64,000 nucleotides of DNA from Balanoglossus misakiensis (lineage: Eukaryota; Animalia; Hemichordata): assembly GCA_040954595.2 (NCBI GenBank), contig CM082581.2, positions 12,026,286-12,090,285 of the forward strand. Reading direction: 5' to 3'. This document shows, in pieces, positions 49,671 through 61,702 of the stretch (position 1 is the stretch's first letter; the number at the start of each line of letters is the position of its first letter). The translations under genes and the position numbers were made by a program. The notes beneath the pieces are model-generated. The model saw only the letters and a list, made by a program, of their open reading frames with translations, ran no database searches and was not told the DNA's origin.

Positions 49671-52393
49671 ATGGAGGAAGATTCGTACGTGTTCAAGACC
49701 ATCAAGGCGAAGTCGCCAACATGTGCCAGATGTAGAAATCATGGCGTCGTCGTCATGCTGAAAGGTCACAAAAGGGAATGTCCTTACAAACAATGCGAAT
49801 GTACTTATTGTGGTTTAATAGGGTAAGTGTGACATCACTATGGATTTATAGCGGTAAATCAGTCTTCCACTTTTATCCAAATGCATGATCGACAGCACGC
49901 TGCGTAAAATAAGGCCGTTGTCAAGGGCCGTTGTGTACCGTGGCCGTGTGGTCTTGCGTCACACTCACATGGCTGTTGAAATCTTTGCAGACATAATGGC
50001 TCACATCACCAAATGTACTTGTGGTAACATTCATTTTTCTGATCCAAGACTCACTTTTTGTCAGGTGATCCTTGTTGGGGGGGGGGGGGGAGGGGGAGTT
50101 CAAGATTGAAAGTGATGAGTTAATTTGGCTTTTGGTATTGTACATGCAATGAATGAAAAAGAAAATTATTCAACTGACCACTATGAACAAAATTCAGAAT
50201 TTTCTGAAATGTGAGAATGACCAAATCATCCTTTGAACGTATTACACCTACAGGGAGAGACGACGGATCATGGCTGCCCAGGTTGCCGTCCGACGTCAAC
50301 AAGACACACAGAAAAGACAACTAGCTATTAAGACTGAATCAAATTATTACCGAAGAAGAGTTATTAAAAAGAAGAAAACATCAGGTAGAAGGGATGATTT
50401 ATTTCAATTTGACAAAAGGGTGGCTTTCTGCATAGATCTTTTTGACTTTGAGAAGAGGATAGTTTATGAAGCAAGTAAAGTTTTTGAATTCATGTATTAT
50501 GTGGTATATATGTTCAAATATCTGTTACAATTGTTTATTTTCTATAGATCAGTCTCCTCCAAACATTCCCGAAGAAGTTTTTAATGAAGTCAGTGCAGAG
50601 AGTAGGCTAACAAATAGAACGCCAAGTAGCACTTTGAGTTCAACATCTGGAATTCCACAAGATCAGCCTCTAGATGCTGACAGCGTATGTATTTTGTCAA
50701 ACTTGACTCAGTTAAACTTGCTTCAGCTAAAAATGAATGTAAGTGGATGTACAGAAATTGTGCAGAAGTATTCATTCTGCAGAGCCTCAGGTTTTTGCTT
50801 TAGATATAATAATTTGCTTGAAAAAACTGAGTTGGCAGAACAAGAATGATATAAATTGGAACACAATGAACTCGACACAGAGTATAACAATTTTGTTCAT
50901 GTCACCAGTTTCAGGATCACCTAGATCAGCTGGCTGCAATGACCAACCAAGGCAAGAAAGCCAACACCAATGTTGGTTTCAATTGGCCATCCAATCAGAA
51001 CACACTTTCACAGCTAGCTTGTATCTTCCCAGAACACAGCCCTGAACTACTGCAGCATGTCTTGGGTAAGTGGCTATGCCACACTGAAAACAACCTGTTG
51101 CATTCTTGTCCCATTTGGGGGTTTGGTGTGATAGGTAATCATCGTTAGAATAAACCTGTGACAATATTGTCTACATGATACACTGGTTTTGATGAAACCC
51201 TTAGTCCAGTCAGTCTCAGAGTATGTTTTACTTCTACCTATGTTCTGAATTTCTGTTGGTGGTCTTCAGGAATGTTCCTGTTTGTTGCCATTGAAAATAT
51301 TTTGACTTTAACTTGTTTTGTATAGTAACATGATTGTATGATTTGATTTCTTTTTCTTTGTATCTTGCCAGATACCTTCAACAATGATGTTGCAAGAGCT
51401 ATCGCCTTACTTCTATCAGGAGGCCCTGCAATACATCCTGGATTACAACTACAGCAACCACTGTCACAAAACGGAAACTCGTGTATGATGCAAGCAGGCG
51501 GACCACAAGTCCTGCAGCCCATCCCTGTGCAGGCGTTGCCTCCAAACAGTGGTTTCATCAACCTCTCACAGCTGGCAACATCACAGGCCACCAATACTGG
51601 CAGCTACACTGCCATGCAGCCACAGGTCCAGATGTCTTCAGCCAGCTGTAGCTATGTCACACCACCAAATCCAAACATCCAACAGGTAAACTGCATCCTG
51701 CGAGCTTCGTTTTATTGGCACTCAAAAGGGGCATATGTTATGCACAGCTAACATCTCGGTGGAACCAGAATTTGGGTTGAGCTAGTTAAAGACACATGAA
51801 GGTGACAAAATGTTTACTCTCGATATTCTGTTCTCTCTCCATCAGTTCAGTCATCTGAAACCAACAGCTCCCAAATGTGGATACACAGCGAGATCTATAG
51901 CCTTCGGTGGAGCTGTCACTACTAGCAACCAGGGAGTTGTCATGCCAGCAATGTTTCCAAGTCACAGCATGGACAGTGGGCCAGCCTGCTTTCCCGAAAT
52001 GGCCAAGTCTTGTTCACATGCTTCATCCTTTGGTGGTAGACAGTGTGATTTGGAGGATGTCCGATTCAACGCGGGTATGATCATCAAAACACAAAAGGAG
52101 ATTATGAAACCGTTGCTGATTTAATCGTGTCTGACAATAGCACTCTGAGTGTATGGATCTTGCAACTTAAATAAATTAAATACTGAATTCACAATATTTT
52201 TTTTCTTGTGTTTTCAGGCCAAACTCATCACCACACAGCAGCTGCCCATGCACTTGTATCACTGGGTTCGTCTCCGAGTTCCAAAACAGCCACAGCCACC
52301 AACTCCAGCGAGGAGAATGATCACGATATTTGTTCCAGTGACATCACCGTGTCCGAACTGGACAGTACACTAAGTGGATCTGAGGCCATATGA
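49671..52393 (+). CDS. Dmrt: Doublesex/mab-3-related (Dmrt) transcription factor with DM and divergent DMA domains, ~429 aa, 7 exons
   Basis: Exons: 49671-49822, 50254-50384, 50548-50684, 50915-51065, 51372-51685, 51846-52074, 52218-52393 (1290 nt, phases consistent). DM domain [37 protein letters not shown]|[19 protein letters not shown]-like [21 protein letters not shown]|[19 protein letters not shown]-rich C-terminus. Subfamily not assignable by eye. Confidence 0.9.
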
Positions 52394-55339
52394 AAACACA
52401 GATTGCTCACGTCTTTCTTACCTAGGAAGGAAGTTCTCATGGTGCCTGTAGATCATACCTGTCAGACATTGGACCCATGTACAAGAATTATACACAAATG
52501 ATCTGTGCTTTCGCTGCCTCTGATCTGTTAGCAACTTTACAAAATGGATTTCAGACATTTTTTAAAGTACTGTCTGCAGATATTTCATGTTTCCAATCTG
52601 TCAAGAGATTTTCAACATTTCACACATATATATTTCTTTGATTAAAACATCTAGTTACAACAAAAAAGAATATCCTTTCCTATGGGAATACACAATCAAA
52701 AATTATGTTTCCAAAAAGGATAACATCCATACATTACCAATCACATTTACTGATATTCATAATTTTTCATTTTGTCTGATTATACTTTGATAATAGTTAC
52801 TCTAAACATACCTCCCTAAAAAGTAAAGTTAAGAAAAACGTATTTTGAAACTTATAGTATTTAATTATGTTTATTACAAGATTTGTCACTTTCATGTTCA
52901 TAGTTATGTTCTTTGCTCAATATTTTGTTCAGTTTTCAAATTTTTCTCAGCAGTTGTATCTTTTTGCATTGGGTTAATAAAAGTATTTTTCTCATATTTC
53001 TCGAATTTTCTTTCCAGTGACTTTAAATCAAACCAGAGCCTGAAATTTCATCTTCCCTTGTCCCCAGATAAGCAGACATTTTTTCAAACCAATTGTGGAT
53101 GAAAATTCACCAGCCAATTTCAATATACTATATAGTTCGAGTTCACCTCCAGCGAAGAATAAATTACAAATGCGCCTCATTTCATATGAATATTGTTTTA
53201 TTGCAATTTTTCACACTAGAATGGCATCATTCCATCTACGCCACAGCCAGCGAAAGGCAATTTTATGGCAAACAGAAAGAAAATTCCTTCACAGGAATGG
53301 TTCCATAACTACCTGTGACATTCGTCTTGGATAATGAAAACACTACCACTACATAAATCCTATTTGGAAACTAGTAAATACATTTAATTAATGCAAGAAT
53401 AATTTGCCTGGAAATGATATGTACACAGAGCAACTTGTTTCAAATGAAAGTGACAAGATATTTTTCTCTTTCAGGAAGCCAATTCAAAAAAGTTTTCTGA
53501 GAACCCAGGTAGGAATCAGCTTCAGTAAGAAAGTAGCTGTTTTGCATACTTCTGACCATGTGACCATGGCAAAGCCAATCAAAATCTGGACAAAAGATAT
53601 GTAGTGCAAGGCTAAATCATTGCTGTGTACCCGGATGTGAAGCATAATGAAAACCTTCTCTTCATCAGGAAAGTCTTTAGCTTCAAGAATAATCACCTAA
53701 ATATATTGACTGTTACAACAAACATTCTACACTGTAACAATTTACAATGTAATAATTTATTACTTCAGTAAATGAGTTACATGCAGGTTTCAATCCCATT
53801 CATGATGCATGTAAACTTCATTTTAAACAAATTAGAAATGAAAACTCTGTACCAGCTCTTAACTTTTGAGAGCTGACCAATATGTAGTCCAATGTTTACT
53901 ACTTGTGAAATGCATTAATGGCAGATGGTGCATGTGTAATAATCTTGACTTATCATCAAAACAACAGAGTTTGGGTTAAATCGATTTGCACGGTGCATAT
54001 TCTCACCGCAAGATACAAAAATATGCCCACAAAATAGTACATATATACTGAATTTTTTTCCTTCTTGTGCAAGAAAAAACCTGCAATCATCACTGGTTCA
54101 TATTTAGTAACCGTGGTTCAGATTTAAATCTTTTTCTCTGAAAATAAATAACATGTTCCCAAACCTTCTTTTCCAGATTTGTTGACATCTATCACTGCAA
54201 CAATAACAAATGAAATGGTGCAACTGCAGTACACTGGAACATTTTCTCACAGGTACATTTTAAATATTGAGAGAAACTGATTACTCTTTTCTTCAAACAA
54301 GTTCATTACAAATTCGTCCAGAAGAGTTCAACTAGCTTCAAAGTGAAGCACCTTCAACTCAGTGAAGATACGTCCCAACAAATGGAACCAACTCAAAATC
54401 TTGATCTGTTTTTTCCTCACAACAGAAACGTCAATGCTCACACTCTACAAATGCTCCTGGCTCAGCTATGCATACTTCTGAGTGGGAAAAATTCTGCTTA
54501 GATTTATATTTCTCCAGTCTGTGTAAAGTGTCCAGAGTTGCTTTAATTGTAAATGAATTTTGCAAACTATCTCGTAGAGGGTTTTACCAATGGCCTCAAA
54601 TGTCTTTTGAAGATTTGAGAGGGCCAACAATTTATGTTTTGAACTTTCAGTCAACCCACCAGAAAACTGTGTTCTAACCAAAACCAAGTAAATTTAAATA
54701 GTATGCCTGTTCAGATACTGACCTTGACTTAAATATTTCTGCTATGCTCAAAAGTCGCAGAAATGTTTGACTAAATTTAGCACACACAACAGAGCTACCT
54801 CAAAAATCTTCAGTTTACCATGAGTACGGTGTAGTTATCCACTCCAACTTAAACTGGTTTCACAAATCAAATTTACAGTAGAACCCTTAGGTCTACATGT
54901 ACTTAATTATTCTAAGCAAATGCTCATTGTACTCTACTTTCACCTATTTCCGCTCAACCTCACACACCATTTCCCAGATTAGGAGAACAATCTTTATAAA
55001 CCTGGTCGCAACAGACTGCCCCATTCATATTTTCTAACAGCAGCATTTTCAAGACTCGAACTTGATAAACAAATAATTTTCAAACAGTCTGCAAAAATAA
55101 CACCAAAATAATTTTTTTTCTTAATTTTTCACTGGTCTTAGTTATTCATTCACAGCATTCAAGACCTGTATTTTCTCACATTTCATAACAAAATCTTACC
55201 AGACTATAAATATAATCTCATATAAACTCATATAAATTAAATCTTGAGTTACAAAAAAAACTGTGCTTCTTGCAGCATTTTAAATACTTGATGCAAATGA
55301 ATTATTTAAGTTTCATAGATCCAAATGGAAAGGGGGCAG

Positions 55340-58300
55340 TCAGCATTTTTTCTTTTTCAATTTTGCCTGTGCTTGCTTCAACAGCAAATCAAAGTCCAGA
55401 CTTTCTTTTGCCTCTGCTTTTGCTGCTGCAGAACTTCGCGAGTTTCCATCTACAAGAGAAAGAAAAGAAGAACGGTTAAAAGACATATTGCAGCATCAAT
55501 CTGTTTAACCCTTTCACCACCATACATGATTCAGTCTCTCATCTATACATGGTTCTATTTTGTGAAAAACCCTAATTTATTCACAACATACCTAAATCAG
55601 CATAGGCAGTTTTACAGAAATGTCTTCGTCCTCCGAAGCATAGATCATACGGCATGCCAGAGGATTTTCCTTCTGAAATGACAAAATATTGCTCAGTTGT
55701 CAATCTTTTGGCTGAAACCTAAAGAGCATTTCTACAGGGATATAACAGCATATGAACTTCTGATCTAGATAAAGTACTTGACCCTTATTCAAAACTAAAA
55801 ATCCTTGCAATTTTTCACTACATTGAAACTTACCATCAATGCAAGCAATGGCATCACATTTGTACTTGAAAGTGATGAATGCATAATTATCCCTGTTCAA
55901 AAGAAAGACATTTTGCAATTAAGTCATAATCTTGGATAAAGTATTTAAACCTCATCAATGACTGTTAGACAAATGTCAAGACCGTGGGTGGGTGAATTCT
56001 CTAAGTTTTAAGGATCAACTTAAATTTTAAGAACCCTACGAAGACAAAATGAATGTGCTTGACTGTTACATACCCATAATCTCTGAAGTGGACACTGACT
56101 TTCTCAATTTCTCCATATTTGGAAAACCTTTCTCGCAAGTATGCCCGGGTTATTCCTTCCTCCACCCTTCCAACATAAACAACTCTGCGATCCTCCTGGG
56201 CATGGAAAAATCCAGCATTAATTTCATCATGGAACAAATGGTAGCCACAGTGCACTATCCTTCTGTCAAGTTTGAGAAAAAATGGTTCAGGCCCCCTAGG
56301 ATGACTAATAAAGACAAGTCTTACCCATTGCTCCTCCTGGTCCTTGTCATGACCAGTTTCATCAATTCTTCTGAAATGAAATAATAATCGAAAAAAGTAA
56401 ACATAACAGTTCCAATTATAATTGCAGTAAGGTTTATTTTAATTCCCGATTACAAATTTGACAGACAGAAACATTTATATGTGGAGACAAGGAGAAAATA
56501 TACCTTTTGCTTTTTGGTGGTGAATGGCACCGTTTCGACTTGGAAGGGGACACTGATCGTGATCTTGACCTGTATGGAGACCTGGAGCGTGATCTGCTGT
56601 ACGAAGAATATCGGTGATGTCTGGGTCTTCTGTAATGTCGTCGTCGTCGTCGCCCACGTGATCTCGATCTTGAACTCGAGTATCGGTAATATGGACTGTA
56701 TGACCTTGATCTTGACCTCGAGTGAGAGCGGGAGTACGAATAAGAGGGAGAGCGTCTGTGGCGCCACGATCTACCTCGTGAATAAGATCGTGAACGCGAT
56801 CGGGACCGGGATCGTGATCGCGAAGAGCTGTAATAGCGTCTTCTACGTCTGGATCGTCTATGACGGTAATAAGAGTTGCTTGAGTCTGAACTGAATGACC
56901 TGGAACGTGAACGCGAACGCGAACGTGAGCGTGATCGGGAGTAAGAGGAATATGAATGTCTGCTACGATATCTCCTCCGTTTCCTTGGACTCCTTTCTTG
57001 AATTTCGATCATAGGTTTATCCATTATGGGACTCTTCAGATCGTCACCTTGAGCATTTGGCATCAGCAATTTACTTGTGTAATACTCTGGTATTTTGTCA
57101 AAATATCGCACAGTCACATGCGGCCGTTCCAATTCAGTGTCAGGTGGTCCCTCTTGAATTTGTGGTGGACTGTCCCACTCACTCCGTCCTGTAACACTTA
57201 TTTCATGTTCAAGGTTCTTTTTCTGGTACTCCATAAATTCATTTTCTCCCGACTTGGGAGGAGCAGCTTTCTCTTTCTTTTTGATCTTAAACTTATTGCC
57301 ATAACGAGCAGCTGCCACACTTGATATCTCAATATCCTCACCACCAGAGTTTAACTTTGCCTCCTGTTTTGGATTAGTTTCACCATACGTCTGGCAATAA
57401 TCATGGTCAATAAGTTGCTCTTGATACGCATATGGGATTTCAATGTCTGTGATCAAGCAGTCCTTTGACTGGTTACAAGTAGGGCTGCCGGATCGACTGC
57501 TTGGTTGACTGGTTGGCCGACTGTTTGGTCTACTTCTTGCTTTCTTGGTCGGCAAGGCAAGAGGTTCAGTTAATATTACTCCTTTTCTTTTCACAGGTGT
57601 GATTTTCTTTGTAATTTCGGCAACACTTGTCGCAGGAGATTGTGTAAAGACAGTGGCAGGAATTGTTGGGGTTGTTGGTGGGGTTAGTACTGAAAGGAAA
57701 TAAAATGAGACGGAGTTATTATGGGATCACAGCATACAACATTCCATGATTTTCCAGGTTTTCCACTACTGAGGACTACAGTTCTCCTCTGTGCCATCCA
57801 TAATTCACAACCCTGGCAATTTTATGCAAATAACCCTCACCCACCCTCAAACCAACCAAAATAACCGGCAATAATAACAACAGTCTCATTAAAAATTTAT
57901 GAATAGACAACTTACAATGGCTTCTTTGCAGCTGGGGTTTTATCAGTGGGTACTTTTGACTAAAGTCTACAGCTTTCTGGTCACTTTCAGCTTGGCTGGG
58001 TTGACCTGCAGCTCTATAAAATAAAATCATGAAAATTAACAATACATGCTTAATTGAATGTAGATGCAACATAAAAACAAATTGGATTAAACCACCATGT
58101 AAACTGCACTGCCACCTTTATTTTGATTGGAGCATCACTTCAGTCTATTTCCATTCTCTGTAGTCAAAGTACACTGTACTTAATTTCACAATTCCATGTC
58201 ATTAATATTCATGATGCAATGCTATTTTATATTTTTAGTTTTAAATTAATTTGTCTATTCATGCGTAGCAATCGCTGTAAATAAACACTGCAATGCGTTA

Positions 58301-61300
58301 TTCAGCCCGTACTTTACACAGTAAAAATTGTCAACCACTGCAAAATCGTAGTCCATTTGGTTAAATATTAAAAGCAAATTCTCAACCATGATGAAATTAA
58401 TCAACCCACATCATGCTGAAAGTATGTGACAATACCAGTGCAAACAGTCAGCAGATTGATGCGCCCATGGCTTACGAATGAATCAACACACACGCTCTAT
58501 GTAATCTCCTACAACACTAATACAGGCAGGATTTTGTCCTAAAAATCTTTTTTTAACTTCTGAAACTGAACTAATCATTTTCCCTACAGATAAAATCAAC
58601 AGGGATTAATAACTGAATAAAATACTTACTCGGGTGAATCAGCTGGTGTGGGAGGCAAACTCAGATTATTTGCAGTCTCTTCAAATTGCTCCAACAGACT
58701 ATCTACATCTGTTGCTTCGATACCTGTAGAACAAAATTTACACAATTTCAGCACGAACCCGTACCAGTGAAAATTTTAACATGTAGCACTTAAACTAGAA
58801 TATAACATTTTGCTTGAGGTGATTACTTACTGATTTCTGCATGCTGATCTTCAAGCTTTCCAAATTCCTCCTCCACTATTTCCCCCTCTTCTGGTTCCTC
58901 TGCCATTTCCTCACAGAAATCCTCCACATCACTTTGAAAGTTATCGTTCCCAATAGACAATGCATCTTTAATGTTCCCCATAGACAATGCATCTTTAACG
59001 TCATTCCTAAGCTGTTCATTGTCATGGGGATCAACTTCAACAACTTCAACATAATCACTTTCGTCACTGTGGACAGCATCATCTCCCTCCTCTTCATTTA
59101 GCATTCCCTCTTCCTCATCGCCGTCATCCCCTTCATCTTCCGAGTCACTCAACACCACCACCTCTTTCTCGGCCTCCTGCGTCTTCACAAAGTCATCCAT
59201 CTTACTCTTCAGCAAAGCTCCAAGAAGGATTCCTTTCTTCTGGGAGGGCGGTGTGCATGTACCACTGCACAGGTGTCCGCCCGCTGACGACTGAATCTCT
59301 CTTGCAAAGTTTTCAATTGGAACGTCTTTGTTCAACAGCATTCGCTCCAAGGTGCTTGAGCCAGGTTTATCCTGGCCAATTTTCTTAATGGGCAGATCTG
59401 TAAAATAACCAACATGAATGGTACATCACTCATTGCAACCACCCTGCTTTTACATCTGGTCAGATGTACAGGTAGCTTTGCTAAATATATACAGAACTAG
59501 CTTCATCATAGTGACTAGATTCAGAGTTTTGGAAGTTATGCAAGCATGGACATGCAGTGTCACCTTGAGGGGTTGTTGAACCATTTTACCTTTGATCTTT
59601 GGGATCTGACGGAATATTGTCTCTGCTTAATGTTGTTATGTACTTGTGGAGAACATATAGGATAAGAGAACTGCCGATAGTGCGTACAAACCTATTTTTG
59701 GTATTATCTTGGACTGTTCAGTTAGCGATAAGATAAGCTCAACATGTTGGTGGTATGTTTGAATTATGGTATCATGATAGTCTTGTACCATTTTGATAAA
59801 GGACAAATGCACTTCATGCAACAGTGTGTTACAGGAACCAAATTTCAACCTTTTCATAGAAATGACAACACAGCCAAGAACAGAAAAATTCAAAATTTTT
59901 AACAACAAATGGCTGAAATCAAAGATCATTTTTTATATAAAGTATTAAAATGACCTCCAGGCCTGTGACCTTAAAAACACTGAACTTTAGCACTTTTCTA
60001 TCTATCAGACTGGGTTAAAACCACCATTTATCAAGCCTGAAGCTATGAATGGATTACCAATCAACAGAAAACTCGACTGTCCGCGGTAAGCTGTTTGAAA
60101 AACGGTTGACCTCTTTATCATGATAGTGGCGTGGGGACAGGACAGCCTATCAGCAACACTCCAATATTCTACCAATAAACGTGTCCAGGTTTCAAACCAC
60201 TTGAAACTTACTCGAACCCACAGATGATGCAAGAACATTATCAATAATACAGGTCAGGGCTTTCATAAACAGCTGTCAACAGCTGTTTTACAGTCCAAAA
60301 ACAATACATTGCCAATTGAATTTATAAATAGAATATGTTTGTCATAACATTTCCCAAATCCATTGGAAACTGAAAACAAGGGGTCTAAATACACCTGAAG
60401 AGTTATACCTATGTATTCTTTGCTGAAAATTACTCGCAAAGAAATTCTCAACTCACCATAAAAGTTGGACTGCTTAGCTTGCTGGTCTTTCAATGACTCC
60501 TCAGCATGCTCTGTTTGAACCACAATGAGTTGAGGATTGACAGGACTTGGAAAGTCTATAGGAATACTATTCACTAACTGCCTCAGTGAAGTCACTGGAC
60601 TTTGTTTCAAATCAATTCCACCACCGTCCCGCAAAGGCTTGTTTCTTTCCTCTTCTTCCTGCGAGGAGAAAATAGCTTCCGGTGTTGAGTTTATTGGAAT
60701 TCCATTTCCCAACTCTGGAAGTGTGGTTTTGGTGCCTGAAATGGGGGTCAGCCCACGAGGGGGTGTCCCTCCTCTCACCGGTACATTCATCATCCGAGTC
60801 TGGACTGAAAATGTGAAAGTAAAATCAGCCACAGTGGCTCTCACACAGAGTTTAGAGTATATTGTTATCAAATCGAATTAAATATAGAATGATAAAGTCG
60901 TGCACAGCAGATAATTAACTGCGCAAGCACAGTGTGATACTGGGCAAATAGTAGTATGGCTGTTATTGCTTCCTATGGAAGAACTTAATAACAACAGCCT
61001 GTGTTATGAAAAATTTAATCCCCAATGATAATGTAGATAATCAGTTGTTTCCATAGCAACCTGGTGGGAAGATGCCGTCTGTGGGTGGAAAGGCTATTAG
61101 TAACCCAATATGAAACGTGATAAATGGGTGAGAGCATGAATTTAATGTTAAAGGCTTCAAAAAGATCTATTTATGAAAAATGGTACATGAAAGACAGGAC
61201 TGCATCTTCACATTGTGAAGTAGAATCAATAGAAGAATTTAGCATCCAGCACAGATTTGAAAATAGCAGCATCCTGTTCACAAATGTGAATGTAGGGCTG

Positions 61301-61702
61301 ACGAACAATTTACCTATCTGTTCTAAACATTCCCTCAAAGAAAGATCGTTATTTCCACTTTAATTTTAAAATGTCTCATTTCTGTCCACAACTTGTGAAA
61401 ATACATTTTATTGATAATTTACATACCTCCTGCTGTCTTTTTTTAATTTCATCCTCTTCACAATTTTTGCCGTCTGCTTCAATTTCCATTTCCTGCTCGT
61501 CTGTAGCTTCACTGCCATTGCTTTTTTCCTTCACACATTCATCTTCTTCAGAAACTTCACATTGTTCTTCAGGACCTTGACCTTCCACAAGGTTCTCCTT
61601 CTGCGTTTGTTCCTTTTTAGAATCCACTTGGACTAACTCCCGGAAAAATGGATCATCCGGATCCAATCTTTGTAACCATTCCGTGGAATTCATGAGTGAA
61701 TA
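55340..61702 (-). CDS. PPRC1: PGC-1 family coactivator (PPARGC1/PPRC1/Spargel orthologue), 5'-incomplete in this window
   Basis: Exons (minus): 61427-61702, 60457-60799, 58831-59397, 58630-58723, 57916-58013, 56504-57689, 56325-56370, 56074-56195, 55834-55892, 55592-55672, 55340-55449. Family motifs: LxxLL (LGALL), IEATDVDSLLEQFEE, LTPPTTP, HCF-binding DHDY, long RS domain, RRM (EDRRVVYVGR..RFSKYGEIE..GDNYAFITF), YDLCFGGRRHFCKTAYADLD, C-terminal SLDFDLLLKQAQ. The two most upstream exons are less certain, and I did not identify the start exon. Confidence 0.9.

Noticed and set aside
36381-61702. Resemblance to the vertebrate DHX15-PPARGC1A neighbourhood
   Set aside because: The helicase here is DHX34 by its N- and C-terminal motifs, not DHX15/Prp43, so the similarity is coincidental.
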